64,000 nucleotides of DNA from Chitinophagales bacterium (GTDB lineage Bacteria; Bacteroidota; Bacteroidia; Chitinophagales; JADIYW01), in NCBI GenBank assembly GCA_020636535.1, contig JACJXT010000011.1, positions 1,884,169-1,948,168 of the forward strand, given 5' to 3'. The notes beneath the pieces were generated by a model. That model did no database searches, was not told where the DNA came from, and was given only the letters and a program-made list of their open reading frames with translations. Positions 1 to 8,585 of the stretch are shown here, piece after piece (the first letter of the stretch is position 1; every line of letters begins with the position of its first letter). The translations under genes were made by a program, and so were the position numbers.

Positions 1-527
1 AGTGTTTCAGATGCTGTTTTAATTTGATTTTTCTTTGAAACACCTTCTAGTGTTCGCATATTGTGTAATCTGTCAGCAATTTTTATAAGGATTACTCTAA
101 TATCATCAGAAAGTGTAATGAGTATTTTTCTATAATTTTCTGCTTGTGATGATAGTGTTTGATGCGAAATTTGGTCAATTTTAGTTAATCCATCTATAAT
201 TTTTGCAATGGTTTCGCCAAACTCTCTTTTAATTTGGTCTAGCGTTACATCAGTATCTTCAACAGTATCGTGTAGTAAAGCACAAATAACAGCATTGGTA
301 TCTAAGCCAATATCTTCTGCTACAATTTTAGCGACAGCAATTGGATGATGTATGTATGGTTCACCAGATTTTCTTCTTTGAGTTTTATGTGCTTCTACAG
401 CCATTTCAAATGCATGACGAATGCGTTTATCATCGCCTTTTTGCATGCGAGGTCGTGCTAGTCGTAGCAACTGTCTATAATCTTTAATGATTTCTTTTCT
501 TTCTTTTTCTTCGTCAATTACCAGCAT
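1..527 (-). CDS. RelA/SpoT-family (p)ppGpp synthetase/hydrolase, N-terminal HD-domain part; the gene runs off the window start
   Basis: Not in the ORF track because there is no stop in the window. My minus-strand translation from ATG 527-525 reads MLVIDEEKERKEIIKDYRQLL..RIRHAFEMAVEAHKTQRRKSGEPYIHHPIAVAKIV..ALLHDTVEDT..IKIADRLHNMRTL, the HD hydrolase signature of RelA/SpoT proteins. Confidence 0.9.
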   Translation of the reverse strand, partial: MLVIDEEKERKEIIKDYRQLLRLARPRMQKGDDKRIRHAFEMAVEAHKTQRRKSGEPYIHHPIAVAKIVAEDIGLDTNAVICALLHDTVEDTDVTLDQIKREFGETIAKIIDGLTKIDQISHQTLSSQAENYRKILITLSDDIRVILIKIADRLHNMRTLEGVSKKNQIKTASET

Positions 528-537
528 ACATTAAAGA

Positions 538-565
538 TAAAAAAAGCTACCCAAAAGGTAGCTTA
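538..565 (-). terminator. Rho-independent terminator after the Skp-like gene
   Basis: Hairpin AGCTACC-CAAAA-GGTAGCT (545-563). Read on the minus strand it is followed by a T-run (A-run 538-545 on plus). Confidence 0.6.
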
Positions 566-577
566 AACAATATTAAG

Positions 578-1186
578 TTACTTTTTCTTTTTTTCGTACT
601 GTTCGTTCATACCATTTATTATATCTTCTGTAATATCATAATTAGTATCTGTATACAATAAATTGGGCGATTCTTTAGTAAAAGGCAAAATATAAGCGTA
701 CTTATTATCTGCATTATATTCCTTTAAATAGTCAATAATACTTTGCATCAACTCTTTATTAAATGCATCTGTTTTTTTAACTAGTTTTTCTGTCAAATTT
801 TGTGCTTTTTGTTCTAAAGCTTGTTGTTTTTTCATCATGGTTTCCTGAGCTTTATAATAATCTTCCTCAGTCATGGTGTTTAATTTCTGCTGATAAGAGT
901 TTGCCAAACTTTCTAAGGATTTTTGTTCTTTTTCTATAGTATAGTTAATGGCATCTTGCTCTTTCTCAATTTCTTTCTTTTTCACTTGATAATAAGTATA
1001 ATTCTCTTGAAAGCTGTCTATATCAAAGTAAGCAATTATTTGTCCAGTTTGATTATTATCTGACTTAACTGTCTTTACAGTTGTAGATTTTGTTGTACTA
1101 GCATTGTTTCCTTTAAAGTGTAAAAAGAATAAAACGCCTACTAATAAAAATAAAATTGCATTGAGTATTAAAGATAAATTTTTCAT
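578..1186 (-). CDS. OmpH/Skp-like periplasmic chaperone
   Basis: 202 aa. It has an N-terminal signal/anchor (LILNAILFLLVGVLFFL), then a long Lys/Glu/Gln-rich coiled-coil region typical of OmpH family proteins. Confidence 0.6.
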   Translation of the reverse strand: MKNLSLILNAILFLLVGVLFFLHFKGNNASTTKSTTVKTVKSDNNQTGQIIAYFDIDSFQENYTYYQVKKKEIEKEQDAINYTIEKEQKSLESLANSYQQKLNTMTEEDYYKAQETMMKKQQALEQKAQNLTEKLVKKTDAFNKELMQSIIDYLKEYNADNKYAYILPFTKESPNLLYTDTNYDITEDIINGMNEQYEKKKK

Positions 1187-1231
1187 GGCACAAAATTAAC
1201 CATTTATTTTTATTAATTATTTAAAAAGTAT

Positions 1232-1239
1232 TATCTTTG
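1232..1239 (+). promoter_or_regulatory. Bacteroidota-type -7 promoter box (TAnnTTTG) for tRNA-Leu
   Basis: TATCTTTG lies 9 nt upstream of the mature tRNA 5' end. The same GCA-flanked motif recurs upstream of rpsF, rpsO and atpD. Confidence 0.5.
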
Positions 1240-1248
1240 CACACCTTC

Positions 1249-1330
1249 GCGGGTGTGGTGAAATTGGTAGACACGCTAGACTTAGGATCTAGTGCTTCAC
1301 GGCATGGGGGTTCGAGTCCCTCCACCCGCA
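1249..1330 (+). tRNA. tRNA-Leu (anticodon TAG)
   Basis: Manual fold: acceptor GCGGGTG/CACCCGC, 3-bp D stem GTG/CAC, anticodon stem CTAGA/TCTAG with loop CTTAGGA, long variable arm, T arm GGGGG-TTCGAGT-CCCTC, discriminator A. No encoded CCA. Confidence 0.9.
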
Positions 1331-1337
1331 CACAAAT

Positions 1338-1387
1338 TAATGTTGTTGTTGAAGTAATTACTACAGAAACAGCAACATTATTTTTTT
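1338..1387 (+). terminator. Hairpin plus T-run after tRNA-Leu
   Basis: TAATGTTGTTG (1338-1348) pairs with CAGCAACATTA (1370-1380) over 11 bp with one G-T pair, followed by TTTTTTT. Confidence 0.5.
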
Positions 1388-1407
1388 AAAAAAATAAAAG
1401 TAATATC

Positions 1408-2772
1408 GTGGAAATTAAAAAAAATCAGATTGACGACTTAAATGCTACTATTAGTATTGATTTAAAACAAGCAGATTATTTAGATGCAGTAAATGCGAGC
1501 ATCAAATCTTATAAAAAACAAGCACAAATAAAAGGTTTTAGAAAAGGTCATGTACCTGATGGTGTTATTAGAAAAATGTATGGTAATGCTATTTTGTTTG
1601 AAGAAATCAATAAAACACTTTCTGATGCTTTGAACAAATATATAGAAGATGAGAAATTAGAATTACTAGGCAGACCACTTCCTCAAGAAAATCAACAATT
1701 AGATTTAGATATTAAAAATCCGCAAGATTTTGAATTTATTTATGATATAGCTTTGGCTCCAAGTTTTGAATTGCCAAGCTATAATACTATAAATATAGAT
1801 AAAGAAGTAGTAGACATTGACGATAAAACTCTTGATGACGAAGTAGACAAAATTGCTCAAAGATATGGTGAGTTACTACAATTACCAGAAGATGCCACTG
1901 TGGAAGATAAAGATGTGTTGACTGTTCACTTTAAAGAATTAGACGATAAAAATATAAAAGAAGACGGAGTTCAACACACAGGCGTTTTTAATTTAGAGAT
2001 GTTGAAAGACGACAAAGTAAAAAAACAGTTACTTAAAGCTAAGTTGAATGATACGCTGAACATCAATATTTTTGGTGCGTTTGATAGAAGTAAAGAAGAG
2101 GTTGCTAAACACTTTTTAGGATTAGAAGATAATATTCCTAAAAATTTGTCTGATGATTTTGAAATGACCATCGAAAAAATTTCAAGAACTAAAAAAGCAG
2201 AAATTAATCAAGCTTTGTTTGATAAAGTGTATGGTCCAGAAGTTTGTAAAACCGAAGAAGAGTTCAGAAATAAAATCAAACAAGAACTAGAAGGTTATGG
2301 CAAACAACTAAGCGAAAACAAAGTTAGAAGAGCCATTTTTGATAATTTGGTTGAAAAAACTAATATTCCATTACCAGATGATTTCTTAAAAAGATTCATC
2401 AAAGTATCTAACGAAAATCCAATCAGCGATGAACAAATAGAAAAAGAATATCCAGAATTTAGCAAAGGATTAAAATGGAATTTAATCACTTCTAAAATTG
2501 CTAAAGACAACGACCTAAAAACTGATTTTGAAGATGTAAAAGCATTTTCTAGAGAGCAAGTGCGTCAGCAAATGGAAATGTACAACACTTCTGGCAACAC
2601 TATTGATGACAAAACTTTAGATTTGCTCAACGACAACATGATGCAAAGAGAAGACCATGTCAAAAAGTCATACGAATCTGCAATGGAACAAAAATTGTTT
2701 AATTTTTTAGAAAGTAAAGTAACGCTAAACGATAAAAAGATTAGCTTTGATGATTTACTGAAGAACAATTAA
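1408..2772 (+). CDS. tig: Trigger factor
   Basis: 454 aa with a GTG start. The N-terminus carries the ribosome-binding GFRxGxxP motif (KGFRKGHVP). Conserved tig-clpP gene order. Confidence 0.9.
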   Translation: MEIKKNQIDDLNATISIDLKQADYLDAVNASIKSYKKQAQIKGFRKGHVPDGVIRKMYGNAILFEEINKTLSDALNKYIEDEKLELLGRPLPQENQQLDLDIKNPQDFEFIYDIALAPSFELPSYNTINIDKEVVDIDDKTLDDEVDKIAQRYGELLQLPEDATVEDKDVLTVHFKELDDKNIKEDGVQHTGVFNLEMLKDDKVKKQLLKAKLNDTLNINIFGAFDRSKEEVAKHFLGLEDNIPKNLSDDFEMTIEKISRTKKAEINQALFDKVYGPEVCKTEEEFRNKIKQELEGYGKQLSENKVRRAIFDNLVEKTNIPLPDDFLKRFIKVSNENPISDEQIEKEYPEFSKGLKWNLITSKIAKDNDLKTDFEDVKAFSREQVRQQMEMYNTSGNTIDDKTLDLLNDNMMQREDHVKKSYESAMEQKLFNFLESKVTLNDKKISFDDLLKNN

Positions 2773-2783
2773 AATTAAACAAT

Positions 2784-3461
2784 ATGAATTTTGGACAAGA
2801 ATTTAAAAAGTATGCCACCAAACACAAAGGCATCAACAGTGCGTATATAGATAAATTTATAGACGCCAATGTTACCAACCTAACACCAAATATTATCGAA
2901 GAAAGACCTATGAATGTTGCTGCATTAGATGTTTTTTCTCGTTTAATGATGGACAGAATTATTTTTATGGGAACTGCCATAGATGATTATGTGGCTAACA
3001 TTATTATGGCACAGTTGCTTTTCTTAGAAAGTGCTGATAACACTAGAGATGTACAAATTTACATCAACTCGCCTGGTGGAAGTGTTTACGCTGGTTTAGG
3101 TATTTACGATACCATGCAGTATATTAATCCAGATGTAGCGACAATTTGTACAGGAATGGCTGCTTCTATGGCTGCTGTGTTATTAACTGCTGGTGCAAAA
3201 GGCAAAAGAAGTGCTTTAAAACACTCTAGAGTAATGATTCATCAACCAATGGGTGGTGTACAAGGACAACAAACTGATATTGAAATATCCTATAAAGAAA
3301 TTACCAAGTTAAAAAGAGAGTTGTACGAAATTATAGCGAACCATAGTGGACAAGACTATGACAAAGTAGAAAAAGACAGTGATAGAGATTACTGGATGAC
3401 AGCTCCTGAAGCTAAAGAATATGGTATGATAGACGAAGTATTATTGCGAAACGAGAAGTAA
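2784..3461 (+). CDS. clpP: ATP-dependent Clp protease proteolytic subunit
   Basis: 225 aa. Contains the catalytic Ser context CTGMAASMAA and His context RVMIHQPMGG, and sits downstream of tig. Confidence 0.95.
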   Translation: MNFGQEFKKYATKHKGINSAYIDKFIDANVTNLTPNIIEERPMNVAALDVFSRLMMDRIIFMGTAIDDYVANIIMAQLLFLESADNTRDVQIYINSPGGSVYAGLGIYDTMQYINPDVATICTGMAASMAAVLLTAGAKGKRSALKHSRVMIHQPMGGVQGQQTDIEISYKEITKLKRELYEIIANHSGQDYDKVEKDSDRDYWMTAPEAKEYGMIDEVLLRNEK

Positions 3462-3470
3462 GACACAGAG

Positions 3471-3518
3471 CGTCATTCCAAAAAAATCAAAGTAAAACGG
3501 AGAAATTTATTTGGAATC
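3471..3518. repeat. GC-rich palindromic intergenic element (GTCATTCC ... GGAATC type)
   Basis: ATTCCAAA (3474-3481) pairs with TTTGGAAT (3509-3516). Related GTCATTCCG...CGGAAT elements occur at 54590-54628 and 39854-39874. Confidence 0.4.
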
Positions 3519-3584
3519 TATTTTGATAGAAGTAAAAACTTTGATTTGAATTAAGAACAAAGATTTTATAAATAACAAATTTTA

Positions 3585-3624
3585 AAACTACTATGATGCA
3601 TTTGCGTTGTAGTAGTTTTTTTTA
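3585..3624 (+). terminator. Putative terminator of the tig-clpP unit
   Basis: AAACTACTA (3585-3593) pairs with TAGTAGTTT (3610-3618), followed by a T-run. The 16-nt loop is rather large. Confidence 0.45.
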
Positions 3625-3666
3625 TTTTGAATGATATATTTAAAACAAATTATTATATTTACTGAC

Positions 3667-4191
3667 ATGAAAGTAATGCTTTATACTTGTATCATATTAA
3701 TGACATTTTGTTCAATTGCAAAACCTCCTAAAAAAGTGAAGTTACCAATAACTAATTGTATTGAAGAAGCAAATTATGCACAAAGTGATGAATACAAAAA
3801 CTATATCGACCAATTATGTAAAGAAAATTTCAAACAAATTGATACAAATACTATATCGGTTTATAATCAAAAAACTGAAGATATAATATCTCCATCATTT
3901 GGAAGTGCTGAAGATGGTAAAGAACAGTTAATTAAATTCTTCGTTCTTAATATGAATTATCCTTACAAAGCAAAAGAATGTGATACTCAAGGAAAAGTAT
4001 ATGTACAGTTTATTGTAGATATTGATGGCACAATAAAAAATGCAACTATTATAAAAGAATTATTAGGTTTTGGTTTAGAAGAAGAAGTAATTAACTTATT
4101 TAAAAAAATGCCAAATTGGAATCCAGCAAAATTAAATGGTAAGATAGTTCCATGTTATTACATTTTTCCAGTTACCTTTAAACTTGCTTAG
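3667..4191 (+). CDS. TonB C-terminal-domain protein (energy transducer TonB-like), probable lipoprotein
   Basis: The C-terminal 80 aa (QGKVYVQFIVDIDGTIKNATIIK..EEVINLFKKMPNWNPAKLNGKIV..FPVTFKL) match the TonB_C pattern. I prefer the start at MKVMLYTC (3667) over the track start 3631. Confidence 0.6.
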   Translation: MKVMLYTCIILMTFCSIAKPPKKVKLPITNCIEEANYAQSDEYKNYIDQLCKENFKQIDTNTISVYNQKTEDIISPSFGSAEDGKEQLIKFFVLNMNYPYKAKECDTQGKVYVQFIVDIDGTIKNATIIKELLGFGLEEEVINLFKKMPNWNPAKLNGKIVPCYYIFPVTFKLA

Positions 4192-4299
4192 TATAAAATA
4201 ATTTCTTTTTCTGTCGGTGGAGACACGGACTTATATAAATTTAAATACAGAAAATTATTATTGCATATTAATATAATTATTATAAACAATATTTAACAA

Positions 4300-5103
4300 T
4301 CACACTTCTATAGGACTTGCTTTTTCAATAGGATTTTGATTGAGTAGTACTTTTAACAATTCATATGCTTCTGGTAAGTGCTGTTGTAACTGTAATGGTC
4401 GCTCAAAAAATTGCTCTATACTACAAGCATATAATTCGTCTTTGTCTTTATAAGCATACCAAGGCAAATAATTCGTTTGGTTACAATCATACGAAGCAAT
4501 TACTTTTTCAGCATACTTTTCCCAAGCCAATTGATGCAAGTCGTCAAAATACATTTTATCTACTATACCAGAAATATGAATGGCATGTGCAAACTCATGT
4601 AGTGCTACATTAAAACCATCGTTTCTATCTTCTATACTTTTTAAGTAAGCACTTTCACTTAAAGCAATAAATCCTCTACTTCCTGAAGTATAACCAGACA
4701 ATCTAATATCCGAATTATACAAATAAAAACTTTCTTTATAAATTTCAATTCTAGCAAAGTGGTCAATGGTAAAATATTTTAAACCAAAGGTTATTTGTAC
4801 TAATTCGGCAGCTATTAGCAATAGCATTTTCTCTTTGTTTCTATTAGAAGTTCTAGTGTAGTAAAAGTCTTTTTTAGCAAGTATCATTATTAAGCGCTGT
4901 TCAAACTTCTTTTTAAGTGTATCACTTAAGGCTGCATAATACTGTTGATTTTCTAATAGAAAAGCTTTATCATATTTATTAAATTTGATACTATTCTTTA
5001 ATACCCAAAATATTTTTTTGTACTTAGATTTTGGTTTATCGTTTCTAAATACTAAATAAAACTGCACACCAATAATTGATATTACGACTATAACTTTTAT
5101 CAC
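4300..5103 (-). CDS. Zinc metallopeptidase, MtfA/M90-like, with N-terminal membrane anchor
   Basis: 267 aa. HExxH motif in NVALHEFAHAIH, an N-terminal TM helix, and size and layout like Peptidase_M90 family proteins. Confidence 0.5.
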   Translation of the reverse strand: MIKVIVVISIIGVQFYLVFRNDKPKSKYKKIFWVLKNSIKFNKYDKAFLLENQQYYAALSDTLKKKFEQRLIMILAKKDFYYTRTSNRNKEKMLLLIAAELVQITFGLKYFTIDHFARIEIYKESFYLYNSDIRLSGYTSGSRGFIALSESAYLKSIEDRNDGFNVALHEFAHAIHISGIVDKMYFDDLHQLAWEKYAEKVIASYDCNQTNYLPWYAYKDKDELYACSIEQFFERPLQLQQHLPEAYELLKVLLNQNPIEKASPIEV

Positions 5104-5374
5104 TTATTTCCTACTATTAGTACAAATATAATACTATAAAAATAATTATCTTTTTAAATACAAAGTAAAGCTATTATTCATTCTACATTTAAGCATCATT
5201 CTTGAAAATTTCGTAGTATAATAAAGAAATGCAATCAATAACCTATTATATAAATTAAAACATATCAATATAATAGATTCCGTATATTTTTCGTTCCTCA
5301 AACTTACGGAAGGATGAGAGCACAGTTTGCAAAAAATGATTTTCCTTTATTTTGTTTCTAAATGCACAACAGGT

Positions 5375-5764
5375 TTAACTACTCTTTTTTTGTTTTAATC
5401 CATTTGGATACATTATTGTTAATAGTACAAAAATGAGTAAGAAATTAAATTCCATACCATTTCTTCCTCCACCAACAACAAACCAACCTTCTTTAAAATG
5501 TACTAAAACAATTCCTGCTATTAATACAAATATGGTAACTATACAAGCAATTTTTACATATTTATTAAATATCAAGCATAAAGCTGCTGCAATATGCGAC
5601 AATTTAATTGCCCAAGCCAATGGTACACCAAATGGTGCAAAACCAATTTGATTTAGGAAAAAATTTCCAAAATCGTTGATACCATTATTAAACATTCCTG
5701 CTATTGCATGAACTAATAAAATAACAACAACTGCAAATCGTAGTAGTAGTGTATTACTATTCAT
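5375..5764 (-). CDS. DoxX-family membrane protein
   Basis: 129 aa with four hydrophobic helices. The N-terminal LLRFAVVVILLVHAIAGMF pattern is typical of DoxX. Confidence 0.55.
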   Translation of the reverse strand: MNSNTLLLRFAVVVILLVHAIAGMFNNGINDFGNFFLNQIGFAPFGVPLAWAIKLSHIAAALCLIFNKYVKIACIVTIFVLIAGIVLVHFKEGWFVVGGGRNGMEFNFLLIFVLLTIMYPNGLKQKKSS

Positions 5765-5849
5765 AATTATATTTTGAACTAAATTTACAAATTTCTATGC
5801 TGAAACTAAATATAAAAAAGCATGAATTAAGTAATATAATTATACCATG

Positions 5850-6599
5850 TTACCATTCAAACGACAAGCCATTGTTCCATAAATAAGTGAGTTTTGTAGC
5901 ACTTCCTATTGGTGGAACAGCATCATAAGTTAATCGGTAACTCATGTATAAGCTTAAAAAACTGTTGATAGAAAAGTGAATAGCATTATCTGTAGTAATT
6001 CTATAGTCTTTCATATTGCTAATTAATGGTTGATAATAAGTAGTGCTAGTTAGTTCTACTATATCATTAGGTTTTATAGTAAAACTTAAATAGGCATTTA
6101 CTCTATGTTGCTTTAGTTTTTCAGTTTCTGCTTCATTGATTTCGTACTCGAACATATAGTGATAACCTAAATAAAATTTATATTTTTCTTTTTGCGATAA
6201 TTTAAATCTAGGACCAGTGCCTATCAAATATCTTAATTTAAGTGCAGTTAATTCGTTGTGTTGAATTTGCGTAAAAGCTTCCCAACGCACCCAATTTCTT
6301 ATTTTATAATTGTATCTAAAATGCAAAAAACCACCATTTAAAATTTTCTCAGATTTGCCTTTTATCATCTCATAGCTTCCTAATAATAAATATAAGTTTT
6401 TTTCATTTTTATATTGGACATGAGCATTGGCATAAAGTGTATAAAATGTATTTTGTTGTTTTCCAAACGAAAAACCAAAATCGCCACTACCAGCCCAACC
6501 TGTTGTATCGTTAACAAATCTTTCTTTTTCAATATTTACAATCTGCGATTTTGAGTATAAGCCAACCAACAAAGTTGCTATTAATAGTAATGGTTTCAT
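5850..6599 (-). CDS. Outer-membrane beta-barrel protein, DUF481-like
   Basis: Signal peptide MKPLLLIATLLVGLYSKSQ at the internal ATG 6599, alternating beta-strand pattern, C-terminal SFEW. The track start at 6716 adds a non-signal extension that overlaps a repeat arm. Confidence 0.5.
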   Translation of the reverse strand: MKPLLLIATLLVGLYSKSQIVNIEKERFVNDTTGWAGSGDFGFSFGKQQNTFYTLYANAHVQYKNEKNLYLLLGSYEMIKGKSEKILNGGFLHFRYNYKIRNWVRWEAFTQIQHNELTALKLRYLIGTGPRFKLSQKEKYKFYLGYHYMFEYEINEAETEKLKQHRVNAYLSFTIKPNDIVELTSTTYYQPLISNMKDYRITTDNAIHFSINSFLSLYMSYRLTYDAVPPIGSATKLTYLWNNGLSFEW

Positions 6600-6994
6600 A
6601 GTACTAATATATAAATAATTAGTCATATATTTTTGATAGTACAAACTAGCTGAATTCAAGTTATAAACACTTTTATTAGACCTCTTTCTTAATTTACACA
6701 CTTTAAAGCAGTGCATTCTATAAGAAACGCTGCGAAAATATTTTATACTAATAACCTGAGTTTGGTTTAAAAGTTATTATAAATACTATTTATCAATAAT
6801 TTAGATTTAAGCAGATTTTAAAGGTAATATAACTACGCTGTATTTTATAAATTTTATATCATTTCTAATAAGGTTGAAGTACTACGCACTTATTTAGTTA
6901 CTAAAGTATATATGTAATAAAATAATTAATTAAATACTTATAATATTTTTAGTATTTTAAAATCAAACTCATATTAATAATAAAACTGTATAAA

Positions 6995-7095
6995 CTTATC
7001 GCAGCGTCCTCTTACGAGAGACTTCTGCTATGAAGTAAAAGAAAAAAGCAAGAAAATTTATATCTAAAATCTATTAGGAATGAGGTCTATTGTTG
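6995..7095 (-). repeat. Copy of a roughly 100-bp hairpin-containing intergenic repeat (partner at 30898-30996)
   Basis: About 80% identical to the reverse complement of 30898-30996. Shared blocks are CGCAG(C/A)GTCCTCTT..GAGAGACT(T/A)CTGCTA(T/C)GAA, AAGCAAGAAAATTTATA, AAAATCTATTA and GAGGTCTA. Confidence 0.65.
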
Positions 7096-7106
7096 ATTAA
7101 TATCAA

Positions 7107-7139
7107 TAAAAAAGTCCGAATAAAATATATTCGGACTTT
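7107..7139 (-). terminator. Rho-independent terminator of the rpsF-rpsR-rplI operon
   Basis: AGTCCGAAT (7113-7121) pairs with ATTCGGACT (7129-7137). A minus-strand T-run follows (A-run 7107-7112). Confidence 0.7.
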
Positions 7140-7166
7140 AAATATAATTTGAAAAAATTTCAGAAC

Positions 7167-7613
7167 TTATTCTGCTACTACTTCAAAATCTATCTCTGTA
7201 GAAATTTCTTTATAAACGCTTACTACTGCTTTATAATCTCCAACAGATTTTACTTCTCCTTGAATTCTAATTTTCTTTCTGTCGATATCTACTTCTAATT
7301 GATTTTTGATTGCTTCTGCAATTTGAATATTGGTAACACTACCAAACAATTTACCAGAAGTACCAGCTTTAGCACCTACTTTTATTTTAGTTTCTGCTAA
7401 TTTATTTGCTAGAGCAGTCATTTCTTCTGTAAGCTTAGCAATTTTAGCTGATCTTTGTCTTAAAACTTCTTCTAAATGTTTTTTATTTGATGTATTAGCT
7501 ACTTTAGCCAATCCTTGAGGAATTAAAAAGTTTCTGCCATAACCTGGTTTAACAGAAACCAAGTCGTACTTAACTCCTAAATTATCTACATCTTGTAATA
7601 ATATAACTTCCAT
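7167..7613 (-). CDS. rplI: 50S ribosomal protein L9
   Basis: 148 aa. The N-terminus MEVILLQDVDNLGVKYDLVSVKPGYGRNFLIPQGLA is the L9 signature. Last gene of the rpsF-rpsR-rplI operon. Confidence 0.95.
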   Translation of the reverse strand: MEVILLQDVDNLGVKYDLVSVKPGYGRNFLIPQGLAKVANTSNKKHLEEVLRQRSAKIAKLTEEMTALANKLAETKIKVGAKAGTSGKLFGSVTNIQIAEAIKNQLEVDIDRKKIRIQGEVKSVGDYKAVVSVYKEISTEIDFEVVAE

Positions 7614-7620
7614 GATTAAA

Positions 7621-7887
7621 TTATTTTAAAAGGTCAGTAACATAAGGCAATAATGCTAAATGGCGTGCCTTTTTTATAGCTTGAGAAACTTTTCTTTGAT
7701 ATTTTAAAGAGTTTCCTGTAATTCTTCTTGGTAAAATTTTACCTTGTTCATTTACAAATCGTAGTAAAAAATCAGGATCTTTATAATCGATATACTTGAT
7801 TCCCATTTTTTTAAAACGGCAGTATTTTTTCTCTTGCTTTCCAATTTTTGGAGCATTTAAGAATTTAATTTCGTCTCTTGTTGCCAT
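7621..7887 (-). CDS. rpsR: 30S ribosomal protein S18
   Basis: 88 aa. Contains the ..[49 protein letters not shown]18 motif. Confidence 0.95.
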   Translation of the reverse strand: MATRDEIKFLNAPKIGKQEKKYCRFKKMGIKYIDYKDPDFLLRFVNEQGKILPRRITGNSLKYQRKVSQAIKKARHLALLPYVTDLLK

Positions 7888-7888
7888 G

Positions 7889-8239
7889 TTATACCTCCTC
7901 TTTTTTAGTTCCAGCTTTCTTTTCTCTTCGTTTTACACTGTAATCAGCAGCGTGTTTGTCAAACTTAGTAGTAAGAAAACGCATAATGTTTTGATCTCTT
8001 TTAAATTCGGTTTCTAGTTTTCTAATTAACTGAGTGTCTAGTTTAAACTCAATTAAAGTGTAAAAACCTGTAGTTTTCTTTTGAATAGGATAAGCCAATT
8101 GCTTAATTCCCCAATCTTCTTGATGTAATACTTCTCCACCGTTTTCCTTTAAGAAGTCTGTATACTTCTTAACAGTTCTTGTATACTCATCGTTACTGAG
8201 TATGGGCGTAGAAATAAAAACTGTTTCGTAATGATTCAT
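7889..8239 (-). CDS. rpsF: 30S ribosomal protein S6
   Basis: MNHYETVFI.. is the canonical S6 N-terminus (ATG at 8239). The track extension to 8272 would cover the predicted promoter box. Confidence 0.9.
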   Translation of the reverse strand: MNHYETVFISTPILSNDEYTRTVKKYTDFLKENGGEVLHQEDWGIKQLAYPIQKKTTGFYTLIEFKLDTQLIRKLETEFKRDQNIMRFLTTKFDKHAADYSVKRREKKAGTKKEEV

Positions 8240-8260
8240 AAATAAATAAATTTTGAGGTG

Positions 8261-8268
8261 CAAAGGTA
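8261..8268 (-). promoter_or_regulatory. -7 promoter box (TACCTTTG) of the rpsF operon
   Basis: Minus strand reads GCTACCTTTGCACC, 21 nt upstream of the rpsF ATG. The motif is nearly identical to the rpsO one (GCTACCTTTGCAC). Confidence 0.5.
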
Positions 8269-8526
8269 GCAATTAAAATTAATATAAAGAAATACCGAGT
8301 TTAATTTATTATTAGTAAGCTACTCTCCTATTAACACAAGATTGCTATGTAGTACTTATACTATGACTTTAATAAACCCAAGTTACGCATTAGGTACTTT
8401 TTATACCATGAGTTGCACACATGGTTACTCAAATTGAAGTATTTCATACTTCTAGTTCTAATACTAAATAAGATGTGTTGTAGTCTTCAACTTTATTAGT
8501 TCTAGCGTTTATACTAATTAGCATAA

Positions 8527-8562
8527 AAACAAAAAAAGTCAAGTTATAAAAAACTTGACTTC
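8527..8562 (-). terminator. Rho-independent terminator of pnp
   Basis: AGTCAAGTT (8537-8545) pairs with AACTTGACT (8552-8560). The minus strand continues into TTTTTTTGTTTTT. Confidence 0.7.
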
Positions 8563-8585
8563 AATTATTATCCTATATAAAAATA

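Noticed and set aside
8273-8526. Unexplained roughly 250-bp spacer between the pnp terminator and the rpsF promoter. I checked it for tRNA, small RNA or an rpsF-leader structure.
   Set aside because: I could find no cloverleaf, no T-loop (GTTCGA) motif, no repeat and no convincing stem-loops by eye. It cannot be called without covariance models or expression data.
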